From Mobula hypostoma (lineage: Eukaryota): DNA of 64,000 bases. Position numbers and translations under genes: made by a program. The stretch is from assembly GCF_963921235.1 (NCBI RefSeq), contig NC_086108.1, positions 61,816,001 to 61,880,000 of the forward strand, given 5' to 3'. The notes beneath the pieces are model-generated. The model saw only the letters and a program-made list of their open reading frames with translations, made no database searches and had not been told where the DNA came from. Below are positions 26,560 to 39,862 of the stretch, piece after piece; position 1 is the first letter of the stretch; each line of letters starts with the position of its first letter.

Positions 26560-28152
26560 CACTCTCCTCTGTCTGACTGACCTTGTCCTCTCTCAATAAT
26601 TTCTCCTTCAGCTCCTCCCGCTTCCTTCAAACAAAAGGTGTAGCCATGGCCACTCGCATGGGTCCCAGCTATGCCTGTTTGTTTGTCAGCTACGTGTTCC
26701 AAGCCTATACTGTTATCACTCCCCAACTTTTCCTATGCTACAACGATGACTGCATTGGGGCTGCTTCCTGCACTCATGCAGACCTTATCAGTTGAATCAA
26801 CTTTGCCTCCAACTTCCACCTTGCCCTCTAATTTACCTGGTCCATTTCTGACACCTCCCCCACCTTTCTCAATATCTCTGTCTCTGTCTTTGGAGACAGC
26901 TTAGCTACTGATGTCTTTTATAAACTCACTGACTCTCACAGTCACCTGGACTATACCTCTTCCCACACTGCCACGTGTAAAAATGCCATCCCCTTCTCTC
27001 AATTCCTCCATCTCCCCTGCATCTACTCTCAGGATTAGGCTTTTCAGTCCAGAACTAAGGAGGTGTCTTCCTTCCAAGAAAGAGGCTTCCCTTCCTCCAC
27101 CATCAACACTGTCCTCAACCACATCCCTTCCATTTTGCGCACGTCTGCCCTCACCCTATCCTTCCACCACCTCACCAGGCACGGGATTCCTCTTGTCCTC
27201 ACCTACCACCCCACTAGCCTCCGTGTCCAGCACATAATTCTCCTTCACTTCCTCCACCTCTAACAGGATCCCACCCTCACACCCCCAAGCACATCTTTCC
27301 CTCCCCCTCACCTTCGGCTTTCCACAGGGATTGCTCCATACATGACTCCCTGGTCCATTCGTCCCTCCCTCTGATCTTCCTCCTGGCACTTATCCTTACA
27401 AGTGGAACAAGTGCTGCATCTGGCCCTACTCCTCCTCCCTCACTACCATTCAGGACCCCAAACAGTCCTTCCAGGTGAGGTGACACTTCACCTGTGAGTA
27501 TGTTTGGGGGGAGGGGGTCATCTATTCTACCTGGTGCTCCCAGCGTGGCCTCCTGCATATCAGTGAGACCCGACATAGATTGGGAGACTGCTTCGTTCAC
27601 CAGAACAAGCAGGATCTCCCAGTGGCCACCCATTTTAATTCCACTTCACATTCCCATTCCGACATGTCAGTCCATGGCCTCCTCTATTGCCACAATGAGG
27701 CCACACTTGGGTTGGAGGAGCAACACCTTATATTCCGTCTTGGCAGCCTCTAACCTAATGGCATGAACATTGGTTTCTTGAACTTCCGGTAATGGTCACC
27801 CCTCCTTCACCATTCCCCATTCCCATTTCCCTCTCTCACCTTATCTCCTTACCTACCTATCACTTCCCTCTGCTGCTTTCCTCCTTTTCTTTCGTCAGTG
27901 GCCTTCTGTCTTCTCCTATCAGATTTCCCATTCCCCAGCCTTTCTAACAATCACATTGCCAGCTCTCCTTCATTCCTCACCCCCTCCCGGTTTCACCTAT
28001 CTCCTACTACCTTGTATTTCTTCTACCCCTCCCCCTGACCTTGTCTTTTTTCCCTCCAGTCCTGATGAAGGGACTCGGCCCAAAACGTCAGCTGTACTCT
28101 TTTCCATAGATGCTGCCTGGCCTGCCGAGTTCCTCCAGCATTTTGTGTGTGC
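26560..28152 (+). mobile_element. Penelope-like retroelement, 5'-truncated: RT, GIY-YIG and terminal repeat
   Basis: LNNFSF...FLQTKGVAMATRMGPSYACLF...YNDDCIG (PLE RT); GVIY...CSQRGLLHISET (GIY-YIG remnant, ~27512); terminal repeat with hammerhead motif at 28057-28093 carrying a G12A change. Confidence 0.88.
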
Positions 28153-29130
28153 TACATGTATCATTGCGATTTTGTGTCTTACAGCTACAGCTGAAGGCAG
28201 GTTCCTGGAGGAAGTGGGTGTAGTTCCCACTCTCTCTTCCCAATGAGACTTTAGCATTTATGCAGCATTGCTCTTTATTTCCTGATAAATCACTCCCTGT
28301 CATGAGCTCAGTACCACCTCCTGTCAGCCTCCACTGTTCATAGCCCTTGAAAGCCTCTGGGCTCTGTGATACATTCCACTTTCATCCTGTCTTGGATTTC
28401 ATCCACTCAGACTGTCAGAAAAGCAGGAGGCCTGCTCCCTGCTGTCTATGACTCTGCCACAATCATTTCAGCCATTAACTCTGTTACTGCAAAGGTACAT
28501 CAACAAACTGGAACCCTGCATGCTTGCAGAACTGTGAAGTGTATTTCAAGCAGGAAGTCTCGGGTACTTCATTGCTTCCCTCGTATGGAAGTACTGCCAG
28601 AAAAGAGCTTGCTCCTTTACTTAGATTCACAGACAAAAACACATCTGATGCATAGAGTGTCTTAATACTCTTGCACTGCACACCCATGTTTAAAATTTCT
28701 AAAGAGCTAGTAAATGTCCAGGCAAATTTTCTCAAGACACTTCGCAGAATAATTGTCAGACAGACAGTAGCTACCATTTTTAATGTATTAATGAATGGTT
28801 CTTGACCTAAAACACATCTGTTTCATTTTCCTCTGATGTTGTTGGACTTGCTGAGGGTTAGCAGCAACTTCTGGTTTACTTAAAGATTCCATCACTTGCA
28901 GTTTTTAATTTTGATAGTTTTTCAAGTACAGTATTCAAGTGGAGCAACGAGAAAATTTGCATAACCAACACTGCAGAGCACAAAGTCAAATACAATTTGA
29001 TGGCTTTATATTTGGCAAAAAGGTCCTTTCTAGTGGACCTAGTTTAGTTCTAGAGGAGTGGCACTTCAGAATGTTTGAGTAATGTACAACGAATGGCCTT
29101 ACCTCATTGATAATTCTCAACATGAAATCT

Positions 29131-29253
29131 TAACTATCGAGGCAAACTACAGTGGTTTTAGTAACAGTCGGTATGGCAGAAATGACCATTAAATGTAACA
29201 GGCACACAAAGAGATTCCATGTAATTATTTCTGTACAAATTAGATGCAAATGA
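29131..29253. repeat. Local direct duplication, copy 1 (copy 2 at 29923-30044)
   Basis: 97-bp core 29157-29253 versus 29948-30044 differs at 6 positions by hand count; offset 791 bp; both contain ATGCAAAT. Confidence 0.92.
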
Positions 29254-29624
29254 GAGATGTCACTTACAATGATGTCTTAAATTTAATCTCACTTTAAAGT
29301 AATTACAGAATTCAGATTCTAACCACTCATAGTATTAATCCATGGTTACGTAGGTACAATTACCTGTAATGGAAAACAAATAAAATGGCACATGCTAGAA
29401 TCTGAAGCAAAACAAATGCTATAATAACTTTGAATCAAGCCGCATCTGCGGACAGAGAAACAAGTTTATGCTTCAGGTCAAAGGACTTTCATTAGATCTT
29501 AATATTCTGATACTAGTGTGATGAAAATGTACTATCTAAAATGTTAACCAATTTCACTTTCAACAGAGTTTGCTTGACTGAATGGGCTCTTCCAGCAATT
29601 CTGCTTTTGTTTCAATCACTTTTA

Positions 29625-29790
29625 AAGGCCATAACATATAGGAGCAGAATTAGGCCATTCCTCATTCTTCTGAATTCTAGTGAATACAGGCCCAGAGCCA
29701 TCAAACACTCTTCATATGGCAAGCAATTCAATCCTGGGATCATTTTCATGAACCTCCTTTGACTACTCTCCAATTTCAGCACATCCATGG
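29625..29790 (-). mobile_element. CR1 LINE fragment, internally deleted 3' end
   Basis: LESSQRRFMKMIPG...LGLYSLEFRRMR in minus ORF 29612-29833. Confidence 0.8.
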
Positions 29791-29922
29791 TAAAGTCACT
29801 AAAAAGGATCCTATATCCATGATAAACAGCCAACGACTCTACGTAGATTCCTGATGGTCCATGTATAAGTACTTACCTGAATTTGAGCTCACTTTTTGAA
29901 AGAGCAATTATGATTGGTTCCA

Positions 29923-30044
29923 TAACAATCGAGATAAACTAAGTGGATTTAGTAACAGTCGGTATGGCAGAAATGACCATTAAGTGTAACAGGCATGCAA
30001 AGAGATTCCATGCGATTATTTCTGTCCAAATTAGATGCAAATGA
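29923..30044. repeat. Local direct duplication, copy 2
   Basis: Near-identical to 29131-29253. Confidence 0.92.
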
Positions 30045-33000
30045 AAAAGCTCTGCAAATTCTCCAATGTCAAATACCTGTCCAGCTCTCCGTTTCAACTA
30101 AAATCAAATAAAATCAGCTCCCATCATTTCTTAATTAGAGTATTCCAAATCCCAACAATATGAGTAAAAAAATTCTTCTAATCTCCCCTCTACAACTTTT
30201 ACTGATGATTTTGATTAATCTTGGCGGAGAGAAAAGTCTATTTTTTTAGTTATATTGATCAACTCCTTTGTTTAAGTTTCTACTTACTTACTTACGAATT
30301 TTCTGAATTTCAAGACAAGCATTCTAACTCCTCAGAACTGTACTTCCTTGCCCATAGAAACATTGCATTAAACCTACTCAGGTCCCTTCCTAAATCACTT
30401 CTTCTTATAATATGGTAACTGTAATTTTCCATTATACTCCCCCTGTGGACCAAACAATGCTTTGTCAAATTTAAGATGATTTATTCTCTTTGTTTTTAAG
30501 ATGATTTATCAGTGAAAGTCCTATTTTCTTTCTTAACCTAACCAGCTTTCTTCATCATGTGCAAAGATGGATAAGAGTGACTTGCTGCTTAAATACATGT
30601 TCAAAATTCATTCAGTTTATAGTCAATGTTCCACGATTGTACTGTCACACGAAATTCATCATTAAAAACATTAGTTCCTTTTACAAATGGAGCACTCAAT
30701 AAAACTTTGGGTCTTGCTGCTTCTTGCACATTTTGGCACACAGTTAAACAATGCACACTTGACATCACAGCGCCTTTCAGATTGGTACACACACTTCCAA
30801 CAGAGAAACACTGTAGATCTTGCACAAAGAGCTGGCCCCAAACAAAATGACATGGAGTGGATCTGATTATACAATGAAAAATGAAATAATTGTTCAGGGA
30901 ATCATCACAGCAATGTCGCCGCCACAGATCTCTCTTAATTCTTCGGGAGTTTTCTCAAGTTTTCTGATCCTATCTGTCTATGTGTCCACTTCGGCATCAC
31001 AATCTCAATACCATTTCTAATAAATCAGAGTGTCCACTTACAACTTGTTCCTTCAAGCCAGTATCACACAGCATTGAATACAGTTGGGCACCATTGATTT
31101 AAGAGGGCTATATATAACAATCGGCTGCAAAGGTTCATTCACTCTGATGTAGGCAAGTCCAGAAGTTACATATGTTGATGTGCATTACCATGGAAATCAT
31201 CACAATCTATAAAGCCGACACACAAAGCTATCTGTGACATTCCTGAAACAAACTAGCATGATATCATTTCAGCACACATTTTCATTGCACAAATGCATTC
31301 TCAATTGGTTATCTTTCCACTTTATTCCTTCAAAGTACACTACTTCACACTGAATTATGTCTATCTTCCACCTATCCATTTCACAAACATATCCACTTCA
31401 TTCTCAAGTTTACAACTATCCTCATCACTATCTCCGACTTTGTTATGTTTCAAAACTTTGTGGAGGGCAAGGAGCGGCTGGTGAAATTTACTTATTCACA
31501 AGTTAATGTTACACTTCCTTCCTTATCAGAATAACAGCCTACCAATATTAGTAGTTAGTACAGTACCACATAGAAAATTGCAGGCTTGGTATTTGTATTT
31601 TGTCAGCAGGCTGAGCAGCTCAGCACCCCTTTTCTTCCAGCACCACAGAAATGAATGTGAAACATACTTTGGTGGGCACCCCCAAACTGTTGGATTGACT
31701 TGACCCTGTGAAAATTGCGATAGATTCCAACACAACCATTGAAACCCATCTAGGGTTTGAGTGATCTAGCTGCTTGTTGAGGGAAGCAGGTAATAATTCC
31801 ACTCAAGTAGTTTCTAGTGGCCTCAGGCTGGGTAAATAACTTTAACAAATTTAACTGTCCAACTATTATTTATTCTGTTATTCTGAAGGCTGCTGTTAGT
31901 CAAAAGGCTGCCTTCTCTTGGATGGGGTTGATCTCTTGCTTCCTTGTGTGACAGATGGTTCACAGCAGCATTTTTTATGATTTTAATGTGGTTGGGCCAA
32001 AAGTATTGGCTGTAAACCACATCTTACAGCTTTGCAATGTTGCAGCTGCTGTGAAAAAAAATTGCATTTTCAAGAACATATGAACACATTTAAACTAATC
32101 TTATCCCTTCACCAGTACCTTGGGATATTAAATGAAAGAGATTTTAACATTTAAAGTCTATTTGTACCCACTTTAATATCCTGTACTACATGACAAAATA
32201 GTTATTGTTTGTATTAATAGGACACTTAATTGTCTGATAATATCCAGTACAGTAGCCCTTAGTATAAGTCATCTTTCCATCCTACAAATGGAATATTCCA
32301 CTTTCTGTGCAAAGAGAATGCACCATGCTCTTAACAATTTCCCAAATGTAAAACCTCTTGATCAAATGAAGATGTTTCTTCAACTGCAGCACTTAACCAG
32401 GTTCCTGAGGCTTCTGCATAATATTACATTAACTAGGTTGCCTCTTCAGCAACTTTTGTTTCTTCTTGAGGCTATTACATAATTCGTTATTTCAAATTTG
32501 CAATTAAATATTCTTAGTGCTTATCTTCCGACCATTTTCCTTATGTAACCATGCACATTTAATCTAATGGAGTTTCTTTTCCTCCAAACTTCTACAACAT
32601 CTTTAAGTGGTCTAATTTTCAAAGCTTCCATATAAATAACAAGTCGACTAGTATATTCTCAATTAGTTGACTTATTATAATTCATGTATAAGATGATCTT
32701 TTGGAATGTACTATAATGCACTCCACTTAATAATCTCAAAGTCTATTTAAACTAATTCGTAGATGCTGGATGAAGTTACTTCTCAGAACATGGCAATCCA
32801 TACAATTACTTTCTGTCACCTTCCAGTGCAGCATCAGACTTACTCCTTATGCATAACAGTCAGGAGCTTTATCAAACAAACAGAATGGTCCAGTTATTGT
32901 AAATAACTATACTGAGTGTCTATGATTTTCACCAAGGCTATTCTGACTTACCATTTCACCCCTCCTTATGGTATCTGAGCTTGTATCCAGTTTCATCAAA

Positions 33001-34854
33001 TAGTTTTCAGAATCTCACTGGCAACATCAATTGTAACTTGACACATCGTGTCAACTAACAGATAAAAAGGTTTCATTTTTTTGTTGGAACTGTCACAAAG
33101 CATTTATTCTTATTTCCTGTTTGCTTTCATTCTTACTTTGGATTTGATATGGAGTAGCAACATCTGCATCGTTGCTAAATCTGATTCCAAGTTATTCTTT
33201 TTTCATCAAACATTTAATTTCCCCTAAAAACTTTTGGTTTGCTCCACATTTTGCATTAAAGACTTACCCACGGCTTCAAGACTGCTCTTGAATCTCAGAA
33301 CACTTTCCAATTCATTTCATCCGTTTTACAACCAAGTGGAATTCTAGCAAATATGACATAATTAAGTTGTTTCCCTGACGGACTGCCTCTGTTACATTTT
33401 TGAAATAAATGCAAATTACAGTATGACTATAACATTTTATGTTAGAATACAATGTTCCCTATATTCAACATCAGGGAGTCAAAAACTGCCACTTGCAAAG
33501 TCTCTAAGATAGGTATACTTCAGCCTGTTAAAACCCATGTTAATTGAATAATATATGGGAAGTCTACATTATTTTGATGTGAAGAGTTCAGTGGATCAAT
33601 ATTCTTCACCTTGTTCAACTCAAGTCCTCAGCTTATGAAGGAGATTGATGCACAAAACAAAATGCAATGACACAAGATCATAAAGGGCCAGTTGCCGAAC
33701 TAGTTTTACAACTTTGGATAAATTCACTTGAAAGCAGTATTTCAGTTTTGAAGCTTCTGAAAGTTGACAGGACATCAAAGACAAGCAGCAAGGGCAGGAA
33801 TTTGGAGGTTGCACATCTCTCCCACTAAAATCATAACAACCCTACACTAAAACAATTAATGCCTTTGCCTTTGAGATGGGTGACGCTTGAAAATTCACCA
33901 TTTAAAGACCTTGTGATCTGGTGAACTCAAGAATTTCATGCTAAGGAGCAGACCCTCCAGGTAATGCAAAGAAGTCCTTTTGCTAGGTTGTGCCACTGAC
34001 GTGCCCAACAGTCAATGTGTGCCATACATATGGAGAACAACTCCAGGATTTTCTTTTTTCCAGAATATTCTTTCCTTCTATTGTTTTTCTTTTATGGCTG
34101 TTTAAATAGTGCTTTGTTAGAAGTCATTGTGTTGAGATGTCTCTAAAATCAACAGCTTGAAGAAACTCGATTGTCAGTAGATACACTAATTAAGTCAAAC
34201 TGTTTCAGCATTGATGTTCCATCTACAAAAGCTTTTGGCAAAAATATTTTTGTTTACAAACACACAATGCAGTTTAGATCAAAATGAATGTCATTGTTTT
34301 ATCATTGTGATAATGGTGCGAAGCCCGATTCAGAACACACTTGTTCAGTATCAGGCACTTTATTGCCTCTTTGATTTGGGAGAATAAGTCAGTGAGTGAG
34401 CATTACTATCACTGTGAAAAGTCGATTGATAGAAACAGCAGACAATGGTGCTGAAACATGGGGCTGCCGTATCTTTTCAAGTTGATAGTATATTTAGAAT
34501 TATTCCCTGTTTTATGGGAATAATTTTACCTATCCACAATGCCTTATTCTTTTATTCTTCATTCTGCAATTATAATCAGATAGTCAAAGGTGACCCAGTT
34601 TTGTCTTTAATTGTGTCGAGGACTATCCATAAAATGTGGACCAGATGGAGGTGGGTGTCACATGTTCCTACAGACTACCTTTGTCTCCTCACACAGAAGC
34701 TGGTAGCTCTGGGGAGAGGTACAAGGTTTGAAGTATTACTACTTTCTTGAAGGTAATTTTCTTTTCAAATGAAAGTTAATATTTCTTGATTGCTGACCTA
34801 GATATCACAAATAATGTGCAGTACAAGTGTGCCTCCACTGTCAGCTCACTTTCT

Positions 34855-34962
34855 TGCAAGCACTCACTTGAATCAGGAGACCGTGAGTTCAATTCATCCC
34901 AAAGAAAGAAAAGACGGTTCAATACGGCATTGTTAGAGGTGCCATATTTCAGGTGAGACAAC
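34855..34962 (+). mobile_element. Possible ancient Deu-domain SINE remnant (SacSINE1/AmnSINE-like)
   Basis: GAATCAGGAGACCGTGAGTTCAA head-like segment plus GCATTGTTAGAGGTGCCATATTTCAGGTGAGA, resembling the Deu core as recalled; not aligned. Confidence 0.35.
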
Positions 34963-35359
34963 TGGCTGGGACATGCTGACAACTAACCAATGGCACTGCA
35001 GAGAATCGCTTGCTGGCTGCAGAGCCCACAATGGTCTGACCTGGACTTCTGTGCTTGCACTACGCAGCACGTGAATACTCGACGTCAGACAAGAAGATGA
35101 ATACAGGGACATCCAACCTCCTATATCGCTTCTGAACTCATCATTTAGTACAAGGGTGTTCTCTAATGAACTAATGAGCTAAGGGACAGATACATTTAGT
35201 ACAAGTTTTGTTTGAAAACCATTAAAAACATAGGTAATATGTAACTTTTTGATTAATGTAAATATTTTAATTTACATCAGTCAAATACATTTGTGAATTA
35301 TTAAGTATTTTATGAATAGTTTTAATATCTTTACTTTTTTCTCTCCAAAGTTTCTTTAT

Positions 35360-35930
35360 AAGACCATAAGATATCGAAAACATAAGACATAAGACATCCA
35401 GCCCATCAAGTCTGCTCCGCCATTCCATCATGGCTGGTTTATTATCCTGCTCAACCCCATTTTCCTGCCTTGTCCCTGTAACACCTGACACCCTTACAAA
35501 TCAAGAGCTTATCAACCTCCGCTTTAAATATATCCAATGAGTTGGTATCTGCAGCTATCTGCACCACAGAACTTCAAAAATTCACCACCCTCTGGTGGAA
35601 GAAATTCTGTTCTAAAGGGACATCCTTCTATTCTGAGGCTGTGCCCTCTAATCCTAGACTCCACTACTATGGGAAGCATCCTCTCCATGTCCATTCTGTC
35701 TAGCCCTTTCAAAATTCAATAGGTTTCAATGAGATCCCTCCTTATTCTTCTTAATTCCAGTAAGTACAGGCTCAAAGCTATCAAACATTCCTCATACGTT
35801 AGCCCTCTCATTCCCAGGATCATTCTCGCAAACCTCCTCTGGACCCTCTCCCATGCCAGCACATCCTTTCTAGATAAGGGGCCTAAAACTGTTCACATTA
35901 CTCTCAGTGCAGTCTGACCAATGCCTTATA
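35360..35930 (-). mobile_element. CR1 LINE 3' fragment
   Basis: KGLDRMDMERML...SRIRGHSLRIEG; tail appears as CATAAGAC repeats on +. Confidence 0.85.
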
Positions 35931-38900
35931 GTCACTGATGGTCAAACAATAGCTTTAAAGGGCTTTGATGGTCTAAGTTGTTCAAAGGCCATCAGGCAGC
36001 TATGGCAGGTCTCGTAGCCTGGTGTATCTAGAGGTAGGGCCAAGGCAGCAATACATAAAGAACCACTTCGCCATATGACGTAAGCACAACTGAGGGCAAG
36101 CACAACGAGGACCACAGGACACAGGTGAGGTCTAGCCCAAGCTGGTCTACTGATCTGAGACACTGCTTACTCAGTGTGCAAAATATATCTCTTAACATTA
36201 CATAAGTAAAAGCAGTGAGTTGTCTTAGCAAACATTCCAAAGAAGAAAAGTGCATTCACAGATCGTTAATATCATTTATGTTTTGAGAGACCCAGTGGTG
36301 CGCAAATTTGCAGTAATGTCAGGCAAAGAAGCGACTTTAATTCCAGGTTACATTAATAGGAAAGGGTTGAAGATGGAACATTCTGAAAAAAAAGTAAAGG
36401 GAATATTAAATGTAAGGGTTGAAAAAGAGGATGAAATGCAAATTTATAAACAGACCTACTGCATCCCAAATGCTTTCTTAACAATCCTTTAAACAGTGAA
36501 AACCTTACAATGTGCAAAGCATCTGATTTGACATAAATAATTATTTAAAATGTCAGCCTTCATCATTTATTTTGAATATACAATTAGAAATTTCCTAAAA
36601 TAAAATGACAATGTACCTTTGTGGCTTGCCTTTAAAGTTATGTTCAAATTACTTAATCTACCTTGAAAACCAAATGAAAAGCCACAGAATACTTCAGACA
36701 GATCATCCTATATTATCTACTTACAAAGTGTGGGAACAGTCCTGGTGAATTTTCTCTATTGATATTATTCCTACATCTGCTGTACCTCATCTGCAACTAG
36801 AATAAGCGTTTCTGTCATTTATGAGTGATTTGTATCAGAATTGGGTCAGTGTATCTAGTTGGAGATATCAGTGGATCTATTTCGATTTGGGATGCCACCT
36901 ACTGTCTGCTTCAGGTAAGTACAACATGCAGTTTAAAAGAGGCTGCAGCTGTACAGCAGGATGACAGTGAAAGGAATTCAAAGCCAAAGTAAATCTAAAA
37001 AACTCATTTTTAGATTTACCCCACCACATTTATCTTTGTCTGCTCCTTTCACAAAGCTGACTTCCTTCAGTATGGCATCTACATAGATAATTTTCTGAAT
37101 GCCTTAGCAGTTAAATCAGACATCAAACCTGATATCCTTTTATCCCATGCATTTGCATCTAATCTCTGGGTAATCCATTTTCTCACTCTATGAATTAAAG
37201 ACACTAATGGTCAGTAACTAATAGAACGACCTTATGGTAAATTCAATGACCAACCCTTCCTGCACTTCAGTTAAGTTCAGTCAGATTTGTTATTAGATTG
37301 AGTACTACTTCACTTTAAGAAATCCAAATTTGCTACTATTTAGGCTGCAATGTCTCGGTATTAATATTGGCCTAATATTAACTTAATTTCACCCAAATTC
37401 CCTTCAGAACTTACAATCCATAAGGTATTAGACACCCAATTGTAATGGTTAGGTAATGTGATATTCCAGGGGTGTCACTATAGCTACCTGGAAGTGAGTT
37501 TTATTAATCCTTGGCTGATATGTTGGGTAGATCATCCTGCTGAGACGGATTTTCTATTTTAGAGGTTGAGATGGAACACTTATCCTGTCAACCAATCACA
37601 GAATTGCAATTATGACAATTGTTCTTCATTCCTTAATCCTGGCTGTTTCACAGCCAGACTGAAGGACTCTGTGTCACAACTACAATATACTGAAGCATAA
37701 AGTGGAAAAATGAAAACCCTTCAAGCTCTTTCAACTTTATAGAATCTTGCAAGAAGCAGAAAACAAAGAAAATTAGTAAATAATTACATATGGATTATAT
37801 AGAATATACCTTGAATAAAATAAACATTATTTTAAATTCTACTTCTGGAATTCAATGGAAAATCCAATTGGATTACCATTTTTTTAAAGAAACTTTTCTG
37901 TCTATGACCTGTCCCTTCAAAGGATAAACACTTTAGTACTGTGGCCAGAATTTGTGATTGATTCTCAAGGATAACCTCTATAATTACAGATAGAAAGCAA
38001 AGAAGAAGAAATTGCAAGTATAGCTTCACAACTTTAGCGTTAGAAAGCTCAATTCAGATTTTGGAGAAAGTCCACACCCAGACCAGTTGAGGTAAAACTG
38101 TGTAAATCATGTTCTCATTGTAAATCATGCAAAATGAATAAAGCTATATCATTTTTTCTGCTCACAGCTAATACATCCTCATGAATATTTTTTTGTATCA
38201 GGGCCAGGCCCTTTGGGTGCTCTCTAAAGGCTGGCAAAAGCTGTCATCACTGTATTGATTTGTAATACAATCTGCTGCATCATGTCATTTTCTTAAATCG
38301 TGCAGTACTGAGACACACCTACCGGCCAATCTACAAGAGCAGCTTTCGTTACATTTGGCACGACTAAGCATCCACATTAAAAACAGCATATAGAAAACAA
38401 TATAATGACCTGTTAGCAACCGAGCTGTAAACTCTGAAAGCTGTAAATCAAGCTTGCAATTTACAGCATTACATCAGGACAATTCCAAAGCACATTCATA
38501 AAATCCCTAATTATATAGCAACAGGGTAAAATTATGAATATGCAGCATGCAGTGCTCTCCACACTAATACCATGCATATCATTTATTTTTTATTACTTTA
38601 TTTCCTATCTGGCTCCTTTGTTTTGCAATTTCTAATATGCAGCAGTAATATATTCACATACAACCAGTGATTTACACACAGCCTGTTTCAGCAGAACCCA
38701 GCATTAAACTTGCCATGGGAAATCTACATTGCAAGCCAGTGACAGCACAATTCTCAAGAATAAAGAACACACAGAATCTTTATGAAATGCATTCACAACC
38801 TCTAAAAGGACTCAAGATGACCTGATATTTTGGCATAACCTGAATGACAGACAGCACTGGAACCATCTCTCTCTCACTCAACAATCGGAGCTCCATCACA

Positions 38901-39689
38901 GCAATGAAAAGCAACCCTACCTTGAGCGTGTGTGCTGCTCTCCCTTCAAACCTGCACACATCTTCCACTTTCCAACGAATGCCCTTCTTTGGGGGAGGCA
39001 CCGAGTAATTTTTGGAAGCTAGTAGGTCCTTCAGCAGTGACAAAAATTATTTCTTCCCCCCCTCCAGGAAAAAATCTCAGCAGCTGAGTCTGAATACCTA
39101 TGGAACACAGCAGTCAGCAGGCCACATCTTCCATACCTTATACATCACTACCACACTCCTCCTAATAAAATGCCCAGAAGCTTCAGGCATTTCTATAAAC
39201 ACTATAAACCCAGGAGACAGTGCACCATATTTGTCCGTTAGATTCATCTTAGGCTATTTATAACATGATATTCAATCAATTATCCAATGAACTGCAAAAT
39301 AAAATACATTTCCTGCCCCAAAATTATTAACTCTTGCAAGTTATGTTCTATACCAAGAATATTAAAAATTATAAGAAAATTTTCATACACACCTTCGAAT
39401 TTTCAATTTTGTTGAACTGAGCTTTTATTCTACTTGTATTTTATAGTATTTACAGAAAATTATTGGCTCACATATTATGTAAAGGATCAATAGCACGTGT
39501 CCTGAAAGCAGAATGTGCCTCTCTGTACTCAGAAGGTTAATTCAAATATTTGCAGTATTTATCTTAATTAGCCTACACAGACATTATTTAATTAAATTAA
39601 CAAAAAGCAAACCTGTCAATCATTTCTGACTTCTCAGAAAGACCATATGGTGTTTATATATATAAAAAAACAATACAATCAGTCATCCT

Positions 39690-39862
39690 CAAGCTGGTTT
39701 AGTGTGGAAGTGCACTGCCTGCTGTGATACAGAGGTCCCAGAATCCTGGCTCTCTCGGCTGTTATCAGCTCTGCAGCATTTCTATCAGTAAGGCTGGCTG
39801 AGCCCTTCTGGTTACTGAGGAAAAATCAGTCAGGGTTCCTGCTCCTGATCCCTATCCAATCG
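39690..39862 (+). mobile_element. Possible ancient tRNA-derived SINE remnant
   Basis: A-box-like TGGTTTAGTGTGG and core GAAAAATCAGTCAGGGTTCCTGCTCCTGATC resembling an old vertebrate SINE; family not assigned. Confidence 0.35.

Noticed and set aside
29162..29184. TAACAGTC as miR-132/212
   Set aside because: Only the seed matches; the rest of the mature sequence and a hairpin are absent.
29244..30042. Octamers as immunoglobulin V or snRNA promoters
   Set aside because: No leader or V exon, recombination signal sequence or recognisable snRNA nearby.
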